A stretch of 64,000 nucleotides of DNA from Octopus sinensis (lineage: Eukaryota). The stretch is taken from assembly GCF_006345805.1 (NCBI RefSeq), contig NC_043020.1:13206001-13270000 (forward strand), in the 5' to 3' direction. Both the position numbers and the translations under genes were made by a program. Under the pieces are notes generated by a model. That model made no database searches and was not told the origin of the DNA. It saw nothing but the letters and a program-made list of their open reading frames with translations. Shown here piece by piece: positions 13,930 through 26,195 of this stretch. The first letter of the stretch is position 1; each line of letters begins with the position of its first letter.

Positions 13930-14607
13930 CTCTAGACCATCACAGAATAGCCACTATGTTTCATTGTTGGCTGCAATCTTTTCATGTCAAATTCTTGATC
14001 ACAAAGTTTCCAGACCCACATTCAACCACTGTGAGGAAATAGAGCAAATTTGGACTAATCAGAGAAGATGACAGTGTCCCAAAATGCTAGTGGCCTCTCC
14101 ACCATCTCACTGACCCAATCTTTTCTCCACTTGATATTGGTTGGTCAAAGAAGTGGTATCCTTCTTGCTGCTCTGCTGTAGTAACCAAATTTGTGGAGAT
14201 ACCTGGCACCTGTTCAGGGACTGACATTCACTTGTACTGCTGTGTCAGAGGCCTTGCTACGAGGATTATTCTCCACACTTCTCTTTGCAAAGAGAAGGGT
14301 CCTGTCAGAGGGCCCTGGTTGATTTGGGCAAAGTGATGTGGACTTTCCCTCTGTGGTGAATTGCACAATCATGCTATTAACTGTAGAAAACAGGATCCCA
14401 AGGTTTCCTGCTATTTTCTGCTGACTATGTCCACCGTCAGAATGACCCACAATACGGCCTCTTTGAAATTTGGACAGTTCCAAGGATTCTTTTGTACATG
14501 GCATGATTAAATGGACACATACAGAACCTGAAACATAAAAATGTCAATTAATGAAAAATGTAAACTTTTACAAGTTAGAATAAACAGAAAACGATATTTT
14601 ATGGGTA

Positions 14608-14856
14608 TCGACTGGGGATCTGGGAAGCCAGGAGGCTGCACCAGGCTCCAGTCTGATCTGGCACTGTTTCTACAGCTTGATGCCTTTCCTAACGCCAACC
14701 ACTCCGTGAGTGTAGTGGGTGCTTTTTACGTGCCAGGTGAGGCTGGCAACGGCCACGATCGGATTGGCGCTTTTTACGTGAGCCAGTCAAGGCAGCGCTG
14801 GCATCGACCCCGTTTGGATGATGCTTTTTACGTGCCACCGGGACAGGGATCACAAC

Positions 14857-14857
<1 letters not shown>
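14608..14857 (-). mobile_element. SINE family C (inverted duplicate of the 15300 copy)
   Basis: Reverse complement of 15300-15548, including the same private deletions. Confidence 0.9.
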
Positions 14858-14890
<33 letters not shown>

Positions 14891-15299
14891 AAATTAATTT
14901 TGTATGTAACATAATTTTTAATCGTTGGATTTTTTAAATATGTTAAGCCACTGGTTTTAATTGATTAATATCAATTTCTACCCTTATTATTTAATTTTTA
15001 CTTCTGTTGTGTGTGAATACACACACACATGACAGAAGTAAAGAGACACCCATAAAATATCGTTTTCTGTTTATTCTAACTTGTAAAAGTTTACATTTTT
15101 TATTAATTGACATTTTATGGGTGTCTCTTTACTTCTGTCATGTGTGTGTGTGTATTCACACACAACAGAAGTAAAAATAAAATAATAAGGGTAGAAATTG
15201 ATATTAATCAATTAAAACCAGTGGCTTAGCATATTTAAAAAATCCAACGATTAAAAATTATGTTACATACAAAATTAATTTTGTATATATATATATGCA

Positions 15300-15610
15300 G
15301 TTGTGATCCCTGTGCTGGTGGCACGTAAAAAGCATCATCCAAACGGGGTCGATGCCAGCGCTGCCTTGACTGGCTCACGTAAAAAGCGCCAATCCGATCG
15401 TGGCCGTTGCCAGCCTCACCTGGCACGTAAAAAGCACCCACTACACTCACGGAGTGGTTGGCGTTAGGAAAGGCATCAAGCTGTAGAAACAGTGCCAGAT
15501 CAGGCTGGAGCCTGGTGCAGCCTCCTGGCTTCCCAGACCCCCGGTCGAACCGTCCAACCCATGCTAGCATGGAGAACAGACGTTAAACAATGATGATGAT
15601 GATGATGATG
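15300..15610 (+). mobile_element. SINE family C
   Basis: Three tandem units, conserved body, (GAT)n tail. Confidence 0.9.
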
Positions 15611-16002
15611 ATACATACATACACATTTACATATATACATTTGCTTATATATGTGTGTATACACATGCTCATGTATGTGTATATACAAATATATATACAT
15701 ATAGTGGTGGGAGATGAATGAAGGCTGCTACAGCTCAATTCCTTTCCTTGCACGCTCGGTTTTAGAAACTTTAACCAAGCCTAATTTAGTCGACAAACAT
15801 CTACATCACTCCATTACAAGTCTGCATAAAAATCTAATTAAATTTCACTTAAGATGTATGTCATTAACTATTTCATAACACACAGAGTCCTACCAATTTA
15901 AAAGTCATAAAAGAAGAAAAACAAAAAAAAAAAAACCTAATTTACATCAAGATCGTATTTTAAATCTCTTTCATACTTTTCTTGTCTCTTCACTCTTTAC
16001 TC

Positions 16003-16217
16003 TCTCTCTCTTTTACTCTTTTACTTGTTTCAGTCATTTGACTGCGGCCATGCTGGAGCACCGCCTTTAGTCAAGCAAATCGACCCCGGGACTTATTCTT
16101 TTGTAAGCCCAGTACTTATTCTATCGGTCTCTTTTGCCGAACCGCTAAGTGACGGGGACATAAACACACCAGCATCAGTTGTCAAGCAATGCTAGGGGGA
16201 CAAACACAGACACACAA

Positions 16218-16248
<31 letters not shown>

Positions 16249-16419
16249 CATATATACGACAGGCTTCTTTCAGTTTCCGTCTACCAAATCCACTCACAAG
16301 GCTTTGGTCGACCCGGGGCTATAGTAGAAGACACTTACCCAAGATGCCACGCAGTCAGACTGAACTCGGAACCATGTGGTTGGTTAGCAAGCTACTTACC
16401 ACACAGCCACTCCTGCGCC
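16003..16419 (-). mobile_element. SINE family A
   Basis: Full-length reverse-complement match. Confidence 0.92.
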
Positions 16420-16610
16420 TGTTTTTTTTATTTTATTTATTTTATTTTTTCGGCTCAATTGGTTTAGAATTAACGAAGTACTTCAGGCAGCTGATTTCTT
16501 AATTAACTATACTTGTGTCACACTATTTTATATTCCTAAACCAATATATAAATAATAGCTAATGTCACCCTTTTTTTGTTTTTGCTCTTGCTTTCATATC
16601 TTTTCTGTAT

Positions 16611-16772
16611 GTAGGAGTGGCTGTGTGGTAAGTAGCTTGTTTACCAACCACATGGTTCCGGGTTCAGTCCCACTGCGTGGCACCTTGGGCAAGTGTCTTC
16701 TACTATAGCCTCGGGTCAACCAAAGCCTTGTGAGTGGATTTGGTAGACGGAAACTGAAAGAAGCCCATCGTA

Positions 16773-16804
<32 letters not shown>

Positions 16805-16996
16805 CATGGGTGTGTGTATTTGTGTGTCTGTGTTTGTCCCTCTAGCATTGCTTGACAACCGATGCTGGTGTGTTTATGTCCCCGTTACTTAGCGGTTCGG
16901 CAAAAGAGACCGATAGAATAAGTCCTGGGGTCGAGTTGCTTGATTAAAGGCATGGCCGCAGTCAAATGACTGAAACAAGTAAAAGAGTAAAAGAGT
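16611..16996 (+). mobile_element. SINE family A
   Basis: Head-to-tail match with small internal deletions. Confidence 0.92.
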
Positions 16997-17280
16997 AGGT
17001 GTCCAAATGGTATTTTGTTGTGGTTTAACCCCGGGTCTTGCCTGTTTGAACAGATCTAAAAGCAAAGGTGTTCTAATCAAAATGTCCCATACATCTAAGC
17101 CCATGAGCCAGCAGAACCATTAGTACACCAGGAAAGTATTTAGCAGCATTTCGTCTGTCCTTAAGCTCTATGTTTAAATTACACCAGGCTTGACTTTACC
17201 TGAGGTTATAGTAGTCACTTGCCCAAGGGCCCACACAATGGGACTGAACCCAGAACCATGTGGTTGGGAAGCTAGCTTCT

Positions 17281-17697
17281 TATTTCTGTATTGGCCACAA
17301 GGGGCTAAACATAGAGGGGACAAACAAGGACAGACAGAGGGATTAAGTCGATTACATCGACCCCAGTGCGTAACTGGTACTTAATTTATCGACCCTGAAA
17401 GGATGAAAGGCAAAGTTGACCTCAGCGGAATTTGAACTCAGAATGTAATGGCAAACAAAATACCTATTTCTTTACTACCCACAAGGGGCTACACATAGAA
17501 GGGACAAACAAGGACAGACAGAGGGATTAAGTCGATTACATCGACCCCAGTGCGTAACTGGTACTGAATTTATCGACCCCGAAAGGATGAAAGACAAAGT
17601 CGACCTCGGCGGGATTTGAACTCCGAACGTAAAGACAAGACGAAATACTGCTAAGCGTTTCGCCCAACATGCTAACGTTTTTGCCAACTTGTCACCT
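17281..17697 (-). mobile_element. Two tandem SINE family B copies
   Basis: Two consecutive matches (17281-17465, 17466-17697) to the 36105 copy. Confidence 0.88.
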
Positions 17698-17814
17698 TCT
17701 TACTACACAACCACACCCGCACCTTATCGTCTTTCCTGAAAGTTCCTTCCTGCTGTTACAACAATTCCTTAAAACTCTCTCCTGATATGTTTCCTTTCTA
17801 CCATCAACCAATAG

Positions 17815-17950
17815 TCAAATTTCGAGTTCAAATCCTGCCGAGGTCAGTTGTGCCTTTGAGGTTGATCAAATAAGAACTTGGTTTTGTGCCATCGAAACAT
17901 GATACTCCAGCATGGCCACACTCTCAAGAACTGAAATCAGTAAAAGAAAA
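17815..17950 (+). mobile_element. Chimeric SINE: B-type B-box region with A-type tail
   Basis: GAGTTCAAATCCTGCCGAGGTC followed by CTCCAGCATGGCCAC..CTGAAATCAGTAAAAG. Confidence 0.6.
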
Positions 17951-18056
17951 GGGATTGTCTACTGATAGTTTCCATGGCGATAGTGTTGGTGATGACGGTG
18001 GTAATGGTCATGGTAAGAATGGGGCTGGTGATGGTGATGATAAGGACAATGGTGCT

Positions 18057-18368
18057 TGTTGTTGTTGTTTGTGCCTTCTCGAGCCATGCCTGGCTCATAA
18101 GGGCCGGTTTCCCAGTTTCTTTGGCGTATAGGTTCCCCACCTGGACGGGGCACCGGTATGTCGCAGGTGAGCTGCAAGATGCAGGAGGAAAGAGTGACAG
18201 AAAGTTGTGGCGAAAGAGTCAGCAGAAGTTCGTCATTACCTTCTGCTGGAGCTGCGTGGAGCTTAGGTGTTTCACTCGTAAACACACACATCGCCCGGTC
18301 TGAGATTCGAACCCGCGATCCCTCGACCGCGAGTCCGCTGCTCTAACCACTAGGCCAAGTGCCTCCAC
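18057..18368 (-). mobile_element. SINE family D (tRNA-derived)
   Basis: A box TGGCCTAGTGG, B box GGTTCGAATC, (CAA)n tail. Confidence 0.88.
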
Positions 18369-18819
18369 ACAATGGTGGTAATGATGGTGATGATGATGAT
18401 TTCTTGATTTCTTAGATAATTGTTTCGTTAACACTAATTGTCAATGGAAGGATGCAAAATATAGAAAATATTAAAATATCAATTTGCCAATCATGGAATT
18501 CTTAACAAAACAATCTTTATTTAAAAGCAAAAGTACAAAAAAAAAATGGATATTTCCTGTGATGTTATCATACATTGTTTGTTGGCAGCAGCTTTTGAGT
18601 TCCTATTTCGGTAAAACTACCCAAAGGAATTTATTATCTACTACTTAACATGCAGTGCTTGAAATATTCCATTCCAACTACAAATAAGAGGAACAACTTC
18701 CCTGAAGGAATCCTTGTTTTCTAAAGAACTTTTGAGATTTTATTGTCTTCGAATGTGTTAATACTGGATTTGGCACCAAGTCTGAAGAAAATCGTATTGT
18801 TAAAATCATCCTTTCTTTC

Positions 18820-19315
18820 TCTTCTCTTTCTCTCCCTCCTTTTCTCTCCCTCTCTCTGTCTCTCATCTCCCTCCCTACTCATTCCTCTATCTCTTACCTC
18901 TTTCACTCACCTCTCTCGCTCACCTCTCTCTCGCTCACCTCTCTCTCTCTCTCACCTCTCTCTCTCACTCACCTCTCTCTCTCACTCACGTCTCTCTCTC
19001 ACTCACGTCTCTCTCTCACTCACTTCTCTCTCTCTCATTTCTCTCCTATCTCTTTCTCCCATCTCTATCTCCCATCTCTCTCTCTCATCTCTCTCTCTCT
19101 CTCATCTCTTTCATCTCTCTCTCTCTCTCTCTCTCTTCATCTCTCTCTCCTCTCTCTCTCTCTCTCTCATCTCTTTCATCTCTCTCTCTCTCTCTCATCT
19201 CTTTCATCTCTCTCTCTCATCTCTCTCTCCCATCTCTCCTGTCTCCCATCTCTCTCTCCCTTCTCCCATCTCTCCAATCTCCCATTCCTCTCTCCCTCCC
19301 CTTCTTCTTCTTTCT
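18820..19315. repeat. (CT)n-rich polypyrimidine tract
   Basis: Direct inspection. Confidence 0.95.
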
Positions 19316-19469
19316 CACACGCACAGAATGGAGAACCTTTATGCAGTTGCTTAAGCTACTATACAAAGCAGCCAAACCACCCTCACGTCCTAACTTCCTA
19401 GAAAATAACATCTCTAAGTAATTCTAAGATTAGCCATGTTCTTTAATTGCATTCTTTTGTCTTATATCT

Positions 19470-20232
19470 CTTATTTGTTTCATTCATTAGACTGTGGCCA
19501 TGCTGGGGCACACTGCCTTGAAGAACCTTATTTGAATTAATCAACCCCAGTACTGTTTTTCTCTTTTTTTTTAAAGCCTAGTACTTATTCTATCAAACTT
19601 TTTTGCTGAACCACTAAGTTATGGGGACATAAACACACCAACACCGGTTGTCAAAGCATGGTGGGGGACAAACATAGACAGAAACACACACACACACACA
19701 CACATATTGATATATATATATAAATATATATATATGATGGGCTTCTTTCAGTTTCAGTCTACCAAAGACACTTGCCTTCTCTCTCACCCTTCTCTCACAC
19801 CCTTCTCTCACATCCCTTTCTCACCCCTCTCTCTCACACCCTTCTCTCACACCCCTTTCTCACCCTTCCCTCTCACATCCCTTTCTCACCCCTCTCTCTC
19901 ACCCTTCTCTCACACCCCTTTCTCACCCTTCTCTCTCACATCCCTTTCTCACCCCTCTCTCTCACCCCCTTCCCTCTCACACCCCTTTCTCACCCCTCTC
20001 TCTCACACCCTTCTCTCAAACCTTTCCCTCTCACACCCCTTTCTCATCTCTGTCTCCCCTCTCTCTCTCATCTCTTTCTCCCCTCTCTCTAATCTCTTTC
20101 TCCCCTCTCTCTAATCCTCTCTGTCCTGTCTCTCCTCTCTCTCAACTCTCTCTTGTCATGCAGTGGGACTGAACCCAGAACCATGTTTGTTGGTAAGCAA
20201 GCTTCTTACCACACAGCCACACTTGCACCTAT
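19470..20232 (-). mobile_element. SINE family A split by a ~380-bp CT/CAC-rich tract (19778-20155)
   Basis: 3' part at 19470-19777 and head at 20157-20232 are colinear. Confidence 0.75.
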
Positions 20233-20689
20233 GTGAATGGTAAACTTTGTGGTAGACTATGATAGGGAGGGAGAGGGGAAGGTTTGTAACAGGTCTCACA
20301 TGTCAGGTTTACTAATCCTTGGGTACCTTTTAGGGGACTTTTTGGTGGTAGGGTTAACATGACACCCTGTTTAATGTAATTCTCATTTTTTGTGTCTTTT
20401 AACTGGGTGAACTCTTTTGCAAATATTTAACCCCCTTTGTCTCTATATTCCTGTTGACATTCACTGCCTTTGTTTCAAGTACTTCAGTAGGGATGGTGGG
20501 AGGAAAAGAGGTGGGTGCTTTCGCTGGGTATATGTGGGTGGGTGTGCAGTGGTGGTGGTGGTGGGGGGGGGAACTAGCTTGCTAATTCATGGAAGTTAGG
20601 GGTTGTCATATGGTAGCAGGGCATGCTAGAAATAGCAGCCAAATCTTTGACAGTGAGGTACGTTGAATGCACTTGAAAGAAACCTATGG

Positions 20690-21039
20690 GGAAAAAAACT
20701 TTCACACCAAGATTACGAATGGGACTTTTATGAAATATTTACCATATTTTTAAAGTCATTTTTACTTAGACACATTCGGAAAGGTTAGAGTTTCTTCCCT
20801 TTCAGAGTAAGTTATTTTTGGAGTATTTTCCCCATTATGCACCATTTTGGGTATTTATATCCCAAAACCCCGAATATTTCAATAACCACTGGTCTGATTT
20901 GCATGAAACTTGTTTCCGTTTGTATTCACTTTTCAGGCGCACTTTACTTTGAAAGTGTTTTCCCATTATGCGCGAGTTTGGCTGTGTAACATTGCAAGCA
21001 GGCAAGCAAGATTGAACTTCATTTTTAATGTATTATAGA
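20690..21039 (-). mobile_element. Possible non-autonomous Helitron 5' part
   Basis: Minus strand begins TCTATAATACATTAAAA; contains GATTTGCATGAAACTT motif typical of such elements; no 3' CTAG found. Confidence 0.35.
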
Positions 21040-21884
21040 TAATAATGAGGATGATGATGATGGCCATAATAATTGATGATGATAATAACAACATAGTATA
21101 AAAATGTCAAATGTTTTGGTGAGTGACTTTTGGCTGCATCAGACTTTACCAATCAACTGGATGGTCTTTTCTGGATAGGCAGGCCAGGATGTTTGCATCA
21201 TCATCATCATCAGCTGCAGGGCTACATCAAGTAAGGGAAGCAGTCCTTGTGTATAACTCTTTTACTCTCTCTCTCTCTCACCAACTACCAGAATCTTTCA
21301 GGATAGTTCTCCTCACCACCTCTGTTACAGCTTAAGGAAAGAAAGGTCGGCATTCATAACCCTTTTAGAGAAGGAAGGTCAACCTCATGACCTTTGAAGG
21401 AGGTCAGAGAGGGGCTGGCGGTAAACCTTAAAAAATTGAAGAAACTGAAGATATTGAGATAGATTTGGACCAGGATTCTTGCCACAGAATGGGTTCTTCA
21501 AAAGGTACCCTAAATGCCAATTGGTGGTGTTAAATTGGGAAACAGATTAATAATTCTACATGTAAAACTCATTAGCAAGACAATTAAGCCTAATTAATAA
21601 TTATATATGTAATAAAAGGTTATTGAAAGTATTTTAGTAATCCATACTCTAGCAGACATAGTGACGATGGTGTAGCAGTAATGCTGAAACATGAAGCAAG
21701 GTTTCGAGTTTTTATTTTTAACTCGGCAAAAATAGAAAACAAAGATGAAATAAATTCGTTATTGAAAAAAAATAAAAAACAAAAAAATCTTTTTTAATGA
21801 GGTTCAGGAATTATTTAGACTGAGGGGGTGCGGTTTAGTTATGAATTCTCATCAAAGGATTTCTTTTTAACAATAAAACTAACC

Positions 21885-21897
<13 letters not shown>

Positions 21898-21943
<46 letters not shown>

Positions 21944-22335
21944 CTGTGTGTGTGCACATGTGCATGTATGTATTTATATATATATATGTGCATGTGTGTA
22001 TTTATATATATATAAGTGCATGTATGTATTTATATATATATATATATGTGCATGTGTGTATTTATATAAATATATATATAAGTGCATGTGTGTATTTATA
22101 TATATATATATATAAGTGCATGTGTGTATTATATATATATATATATAAGTGCATGTGTGTATTTATATATATATATATATAAGTGCATGTGTGTATTTAT
22201 ATATATATATATAAGTGCATGTGTGTATTTATATATATATATATATATGTGCATGTGTGTATTTATATAAATATGTGCATACATGTATTTATATAAATAT
22301 ATCTGTGTGTGTATTTATATATGCCCATGTGTATA
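21898..22335. repeat. (TA)n-based minisatellite (AAGTGCATGTGTGTATT(TA)n)
   Basis: Direct inspection. Confidence 0.9.
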
Positions 22336-22340
22336 TTTAT

Positions 22341-22560
22341 CCCTTTAGTTTTTAAACCGGCCATATCTGGCCCAGATATTCTACATGTTTTATATTCAAA
22401 CTGGCAATATCTAGCCTCTCACACCTACCCGACAATGTCATGCTAAAAATAAACAATCACATCATTGAAACCTCAAAGCTATAAGATAATGCATGATTAA
22501 TTCAAAACAATTTGAGTGGAAAAGTATTACCTTTAACAGAGTAATCTGAACATTAAAGGG
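22341..22560. mobile_element. piggyBac-type MITE
   Basis: CCCTTTA..TAAAGGG termini, TTAT on both flanks; homologous to 60753-60973. Confidence 0.8.
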
Positions 22561-22659
22561 TTATATATATGTCCATGTGTGTATTTATATATATGTGCAT
22601 GGGTGTATTGATATATATGTGCATGTGTGTATAAATATATGTGTGTATGTATTTATATA

Positions 22660-23072
22660 TACTCCAATGCGACCGTACGACAGGCACCCATGCCAACCCC
22701 CTTTGCTTGTGAAGACATGTTGGGCAAGCAAATCGAAATCGAATTGAACCAGCCAGGATCCCTGGTCTGGTGGTACGTAAAAGCACTATCCGACTCGTGG
22801 CCGATGCCAGCACCGCCTCGATGGCTTCCGTGCCGGTGGCACATAAAATGCACCAATCTGACCGTGGCCGTTGCCAGCCCCGCCTGGCACCTGTGCAGGT
22901 GGCACGTAAAAAGCACCCACTACACTCACGGAGTGGTTGGCGTTAGGAAGGGCATCCAGCTGTAAAACATTGCCAGATTAGACTGGAGCCTGGTGCAGCC
23001 TTCTGGCTTCCCAGACCCCGGTCGAACCGTCCAACCCATGCTAGCATGGAGAACGGACGTTAAACGACGATG
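22660..23072 (+). mobile_element. SINE family C with 5' extension
   Basis: Three tandem units plus body; upstream CTTGTGAAGACATGTTGGGCAAG matches the 47440 region. Confidence 0.85.
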
Positions 23073-23415
23073 TGTACCCGGTAATTCCAGGGGTAAAGAT
23101 GTTCTATTAAAATGCCTTATTACTCTGATATCAGAAAGCAATTTCGTTATAACTGCCACAAAAGGTGTATTTTTTGTCGTGAAAAAGTACAAAAAACTGT
23201 CAGCTGGAGGAGGGAGAGATTGCTGGAGGTTGACAAGAGAGATTTTCAGAGGTTGGCGAGAAAGTACTCTGACTCATCATGGCATTTTAAAGGTGAACTT
23301 TATGAAGGCTACTGTATTAAAGATAATATATAAATGTAGTATGTATATATATGAATGAAGTGTTTAATGTTTAAGAATGAAATGAAGAAAGTGCAATAAT
23401 AACGTTCACACTCAC

Positions 23416-24164
23416 TGATGGTCACTCTCAGTAACTGCCTTTAGCTTATGGAGTCCTTGTTTTTATAACTGTTGAAAAGCAGCCAGAAGTGTAGACACTA
23501 ACCGCATGGTTCCGGGTTCAGTCCCACTGCGTGGCACCTTGGGTAAGTGTCTTCTACTATAGCCTCGGGCCGACCAATGCCTTGTGAGTGGATTTGGTAG
23601 ACGGAAACTGAAAGAAGCCCGTCGTATATATGTATATATATATATATGTGTGTATGTGTGTGTGTTTGTGTGTCTGTGTTTGTCCCCTAGCATTGCTTGA
23701 CAACCGATGCTGGTGTGTTTATGTCCCCGTCACTTAGCGGTTCGGCAAAAAAGACCGATAGAATAAGTACTGGGCTTACAAAAGAATAATGATGGTCACT
23801 CTCAGTAACTGCCTTTAGCTTATGAAGTCCTTATTTTTATAACTGTTGAAAAGCAGCCAGAAGTGTAGACACTAACCGCATGGTTCCGGGTTCAGTCCCA
23901 CTGCGTGGCACCTTGGGTAAGTGTCTTCTACTATAGCCTCGGGCCGACCAATGCCTTGTGAGTGGATTTGGTAGACGGAAACTGAAAGAAGCCCGTCGTA
24001 TATATATATATATATATATATATGTGTATGTGTGTGTGTTTGTGTGTCTGTGTTTGTCCCCTAGCATTGCTTGACAACCGATGCTGGTGTGTTTATGTCC
24101 CCGTCACTTAGCGGTTCGGCAAAAAAGAACCGATAGAATAAGTACTGGGCTTACAAAAGAATAA
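23416..24164. repeat. 374-bp tandem duplication containing a 5'-truncated SINE A
   Basis: TGATGGTCACTCTCAG at 23416 and 23790; identical flank-SINE junction in both copies. Confidence 0.92.
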
Positions 24165-24252
24165 GTCCCGGGGTCGAGTTGCTCGATTAAAGGCGGTGCT
24201 CCAGCATGGCCGCAGTCAAATGACTGAAACAAGTAAAAGAGAGTAAAAGAGT
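23865..24252 (+). mobile_element. SINE family A, 5'-truncated
   Basis: Starts at ACTAACCGCATGGTTCCGGG; complete tail. Confidence 0.9.
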
Positions 24253-24559
24253 ATACTGTTGAGAACAAATGATTTCGTTGGAGGTATGTTATCTCCATTC
24301 CAGCCCTTGGTGGCCTAGAAGAGGTTAGAAAGGTCAAGTGGCAAAGACATTATTCTGCTTAGTGAAAGCATCTTGGAAATGTATAACTGCTGTCATTCAC
24401 AGAAAAACTATTGTTTTACCATAAGAAAAGTACTGTTGAAGTCTTAAGTGAAATTTGACAATCAATGATCGAATCCATGCTATGCCTGCACAAAGCCACT
24501 ACAAATACACGTTATGGAATAAAAAATGTATCTACTGTCATGGAAAAAGTGTAACTGTA

Positions 24560-25714
24560 AAAATGCAGAATTATCGGAGTAATGGGCATTCAAAAAAGTA
24601 TGTATGTATAGAAATGTATGAATGAAGTCTTTAAGGTTTAAGATTCAAATCAAGGAAGTGCAATAATAATGTTTAGCAGTTCAAAACTGAGTTGTGAAAT
24701 GCAGAATTAGGTTGGCTGATCACGAGAATTAAATATTGATTGCTTGACTGAAAACTGTAGGCGGTATTGGTTATTTCCCTTGGGTTGTTTAAATAAAATA
24801 TTAGTAATATGTAGTTGATAGAAGGATCCATTGGAGGGGCCCTATTATCAATTTGTTTGAACAATCTAAGTATGTCAGGAGGTTTCCAGACATGAGTTCT
24901 ACTAGCATGTCAAATAAAGTATAAAAGTGATATTGACTGCAAAAATTAGAAATTGGACACAAAAATCAATATTCAAAATAACTGAACATAAACAATGAAA
25001 CCTGTAAAATATTTCTAAATTTGAAGGCTCAATTAGTTTCATAAAAATGTTGTATGAACCATAAATAAGCAATAAATATTATGATTTGTAAAATAAGTAT
25101 AAGTGATATAGGGTGTCCCAACTGAATGTAGCATGGAAGTTTGGTTTCGTTTTTTAAGAATTTTAAGCATTCAAAGTATGAGTTCATTGTATTGGGACAC
25201 CCTTATTAAATACATTCTGGAATTAAAAAATTATGTCATCAAAATATTTTAACTGGAAAAATGCAGAATTATCGCAGTTATGGGCATTGAAAGTGTACAT
25301 GCATCGAGAAAGTGCAATAATAAGGTTTAGCAGTTGAAATCTGTGAGTAGTGAAATGCAGAATTAGGTCTGCTGATCATGAGAATCAAATATTGATTGCT
25401 TCACTAAAAACTAACAACTGTAAGTGCAGGTGCTATGGTTTATTTCCCTTGAGTGTTTAAAAAATATTGTGCAGGTGCTATGGGTTATTTCCCTTGGGTG
25501 TTTAAACAAAATTAGTTATATGAGGTAGATGTAAAGATCCCTTCCAGGGGCCGTATTATCGATTTTTTTTTCAACAATCTAAGTATGTCACTAGGTTTCC
25601 AGATCTGAGTTCTACTCTTGTGTCAAGTTTCATGAAAATCAATAAAATGATGTAGGAGAAGTTAGCTAACAGCACCACAAACAAACACACACCGATTTTC
25701 CACATATGTAGTAG
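24560..25714 (-). mobile_element. Old repeat with two diverged ~370-bp units; possible Helitron-type 5' end at 25714
   Basis: 24560-24915 resembles 25258-25630; AAGTTTCATGAAAATC..ACAAACAAACACAC..TAGTAGAT end. Confidence 0.4.
25109..25203. mobile_element. Tiny Tc1/mariner-type MITE
   Basis: Inverted repeats AGGGTGTCCCAA / TTGGGACACCCT. Confidence 0.5.
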
Positions 25715-26195
25715 ATATGTGTGTGTATTTATATATATGTGTGTGTGTGTATTTGTATATATATATATGTGTGTGTGTGTATTTGTATATATATATATGT
25801 GCGTGTGTGTATTTGTATATATATATATATATATATGTGCGTGTGTGTGTTTATATATATGTGTGTGTGTGTATTTATATATGTGCACATGTGTATTTAT
25901 ATATGTGAGTGTATGTGTGTGTGTGTATTTATATATGCTTGTGTATGTGTATTTATATATGTGAGTGTGTGTGTGTGTGTGTGTGTATATATGCTTGTGA
26001 GTCTGTGTGTATTTACATATGCTTGTGAGTGTGTGTGTATTTATATATGCTTGTGAGTGTGTGTGTATTTTCATATGCTTGTGAGTGTGTGTGTATTTAT
26101 ATATGCTTGTGAGTGTGTGTGTATTTTCATATGCTTGTGAGTGTGTATGTGTATTTATATGCGAGTGTGTGTGTGTATGTATACGTGTGTATGTA
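25714..26195. repeat. (TA)n/(TG)n compound microsatellite
   Basis: Direct inspection. Confidence 0.93.

Larger units (their letters stand above)
12998..15152 (-). mobile_element. Tc1-family (DD34E) DNA transposon, degenerate, with nested insertions
   Basis: TIRs CACAC..ATGACAGAAGTAAA(T/G)AGA(T/C)ACCC at both ends, flanked by TA. Transposase remnants from ATG 14504 ([23 protein letters not shown]) through KHSGYSVMV, CEGNINTDKYVSIL, APCHTAK and WPSQSPDMNPIEHLW to the stop at 13106. Confidence 0.9.

Noticed and set aside
18290-18368. tRNA gene-like sequences (also 38821, 44430, 50060, 51284)
   Set aside because: A and B boxes are present but acceptor stems do not pair and they run into SINE bodies; these are SINE heads, not tRNA genes
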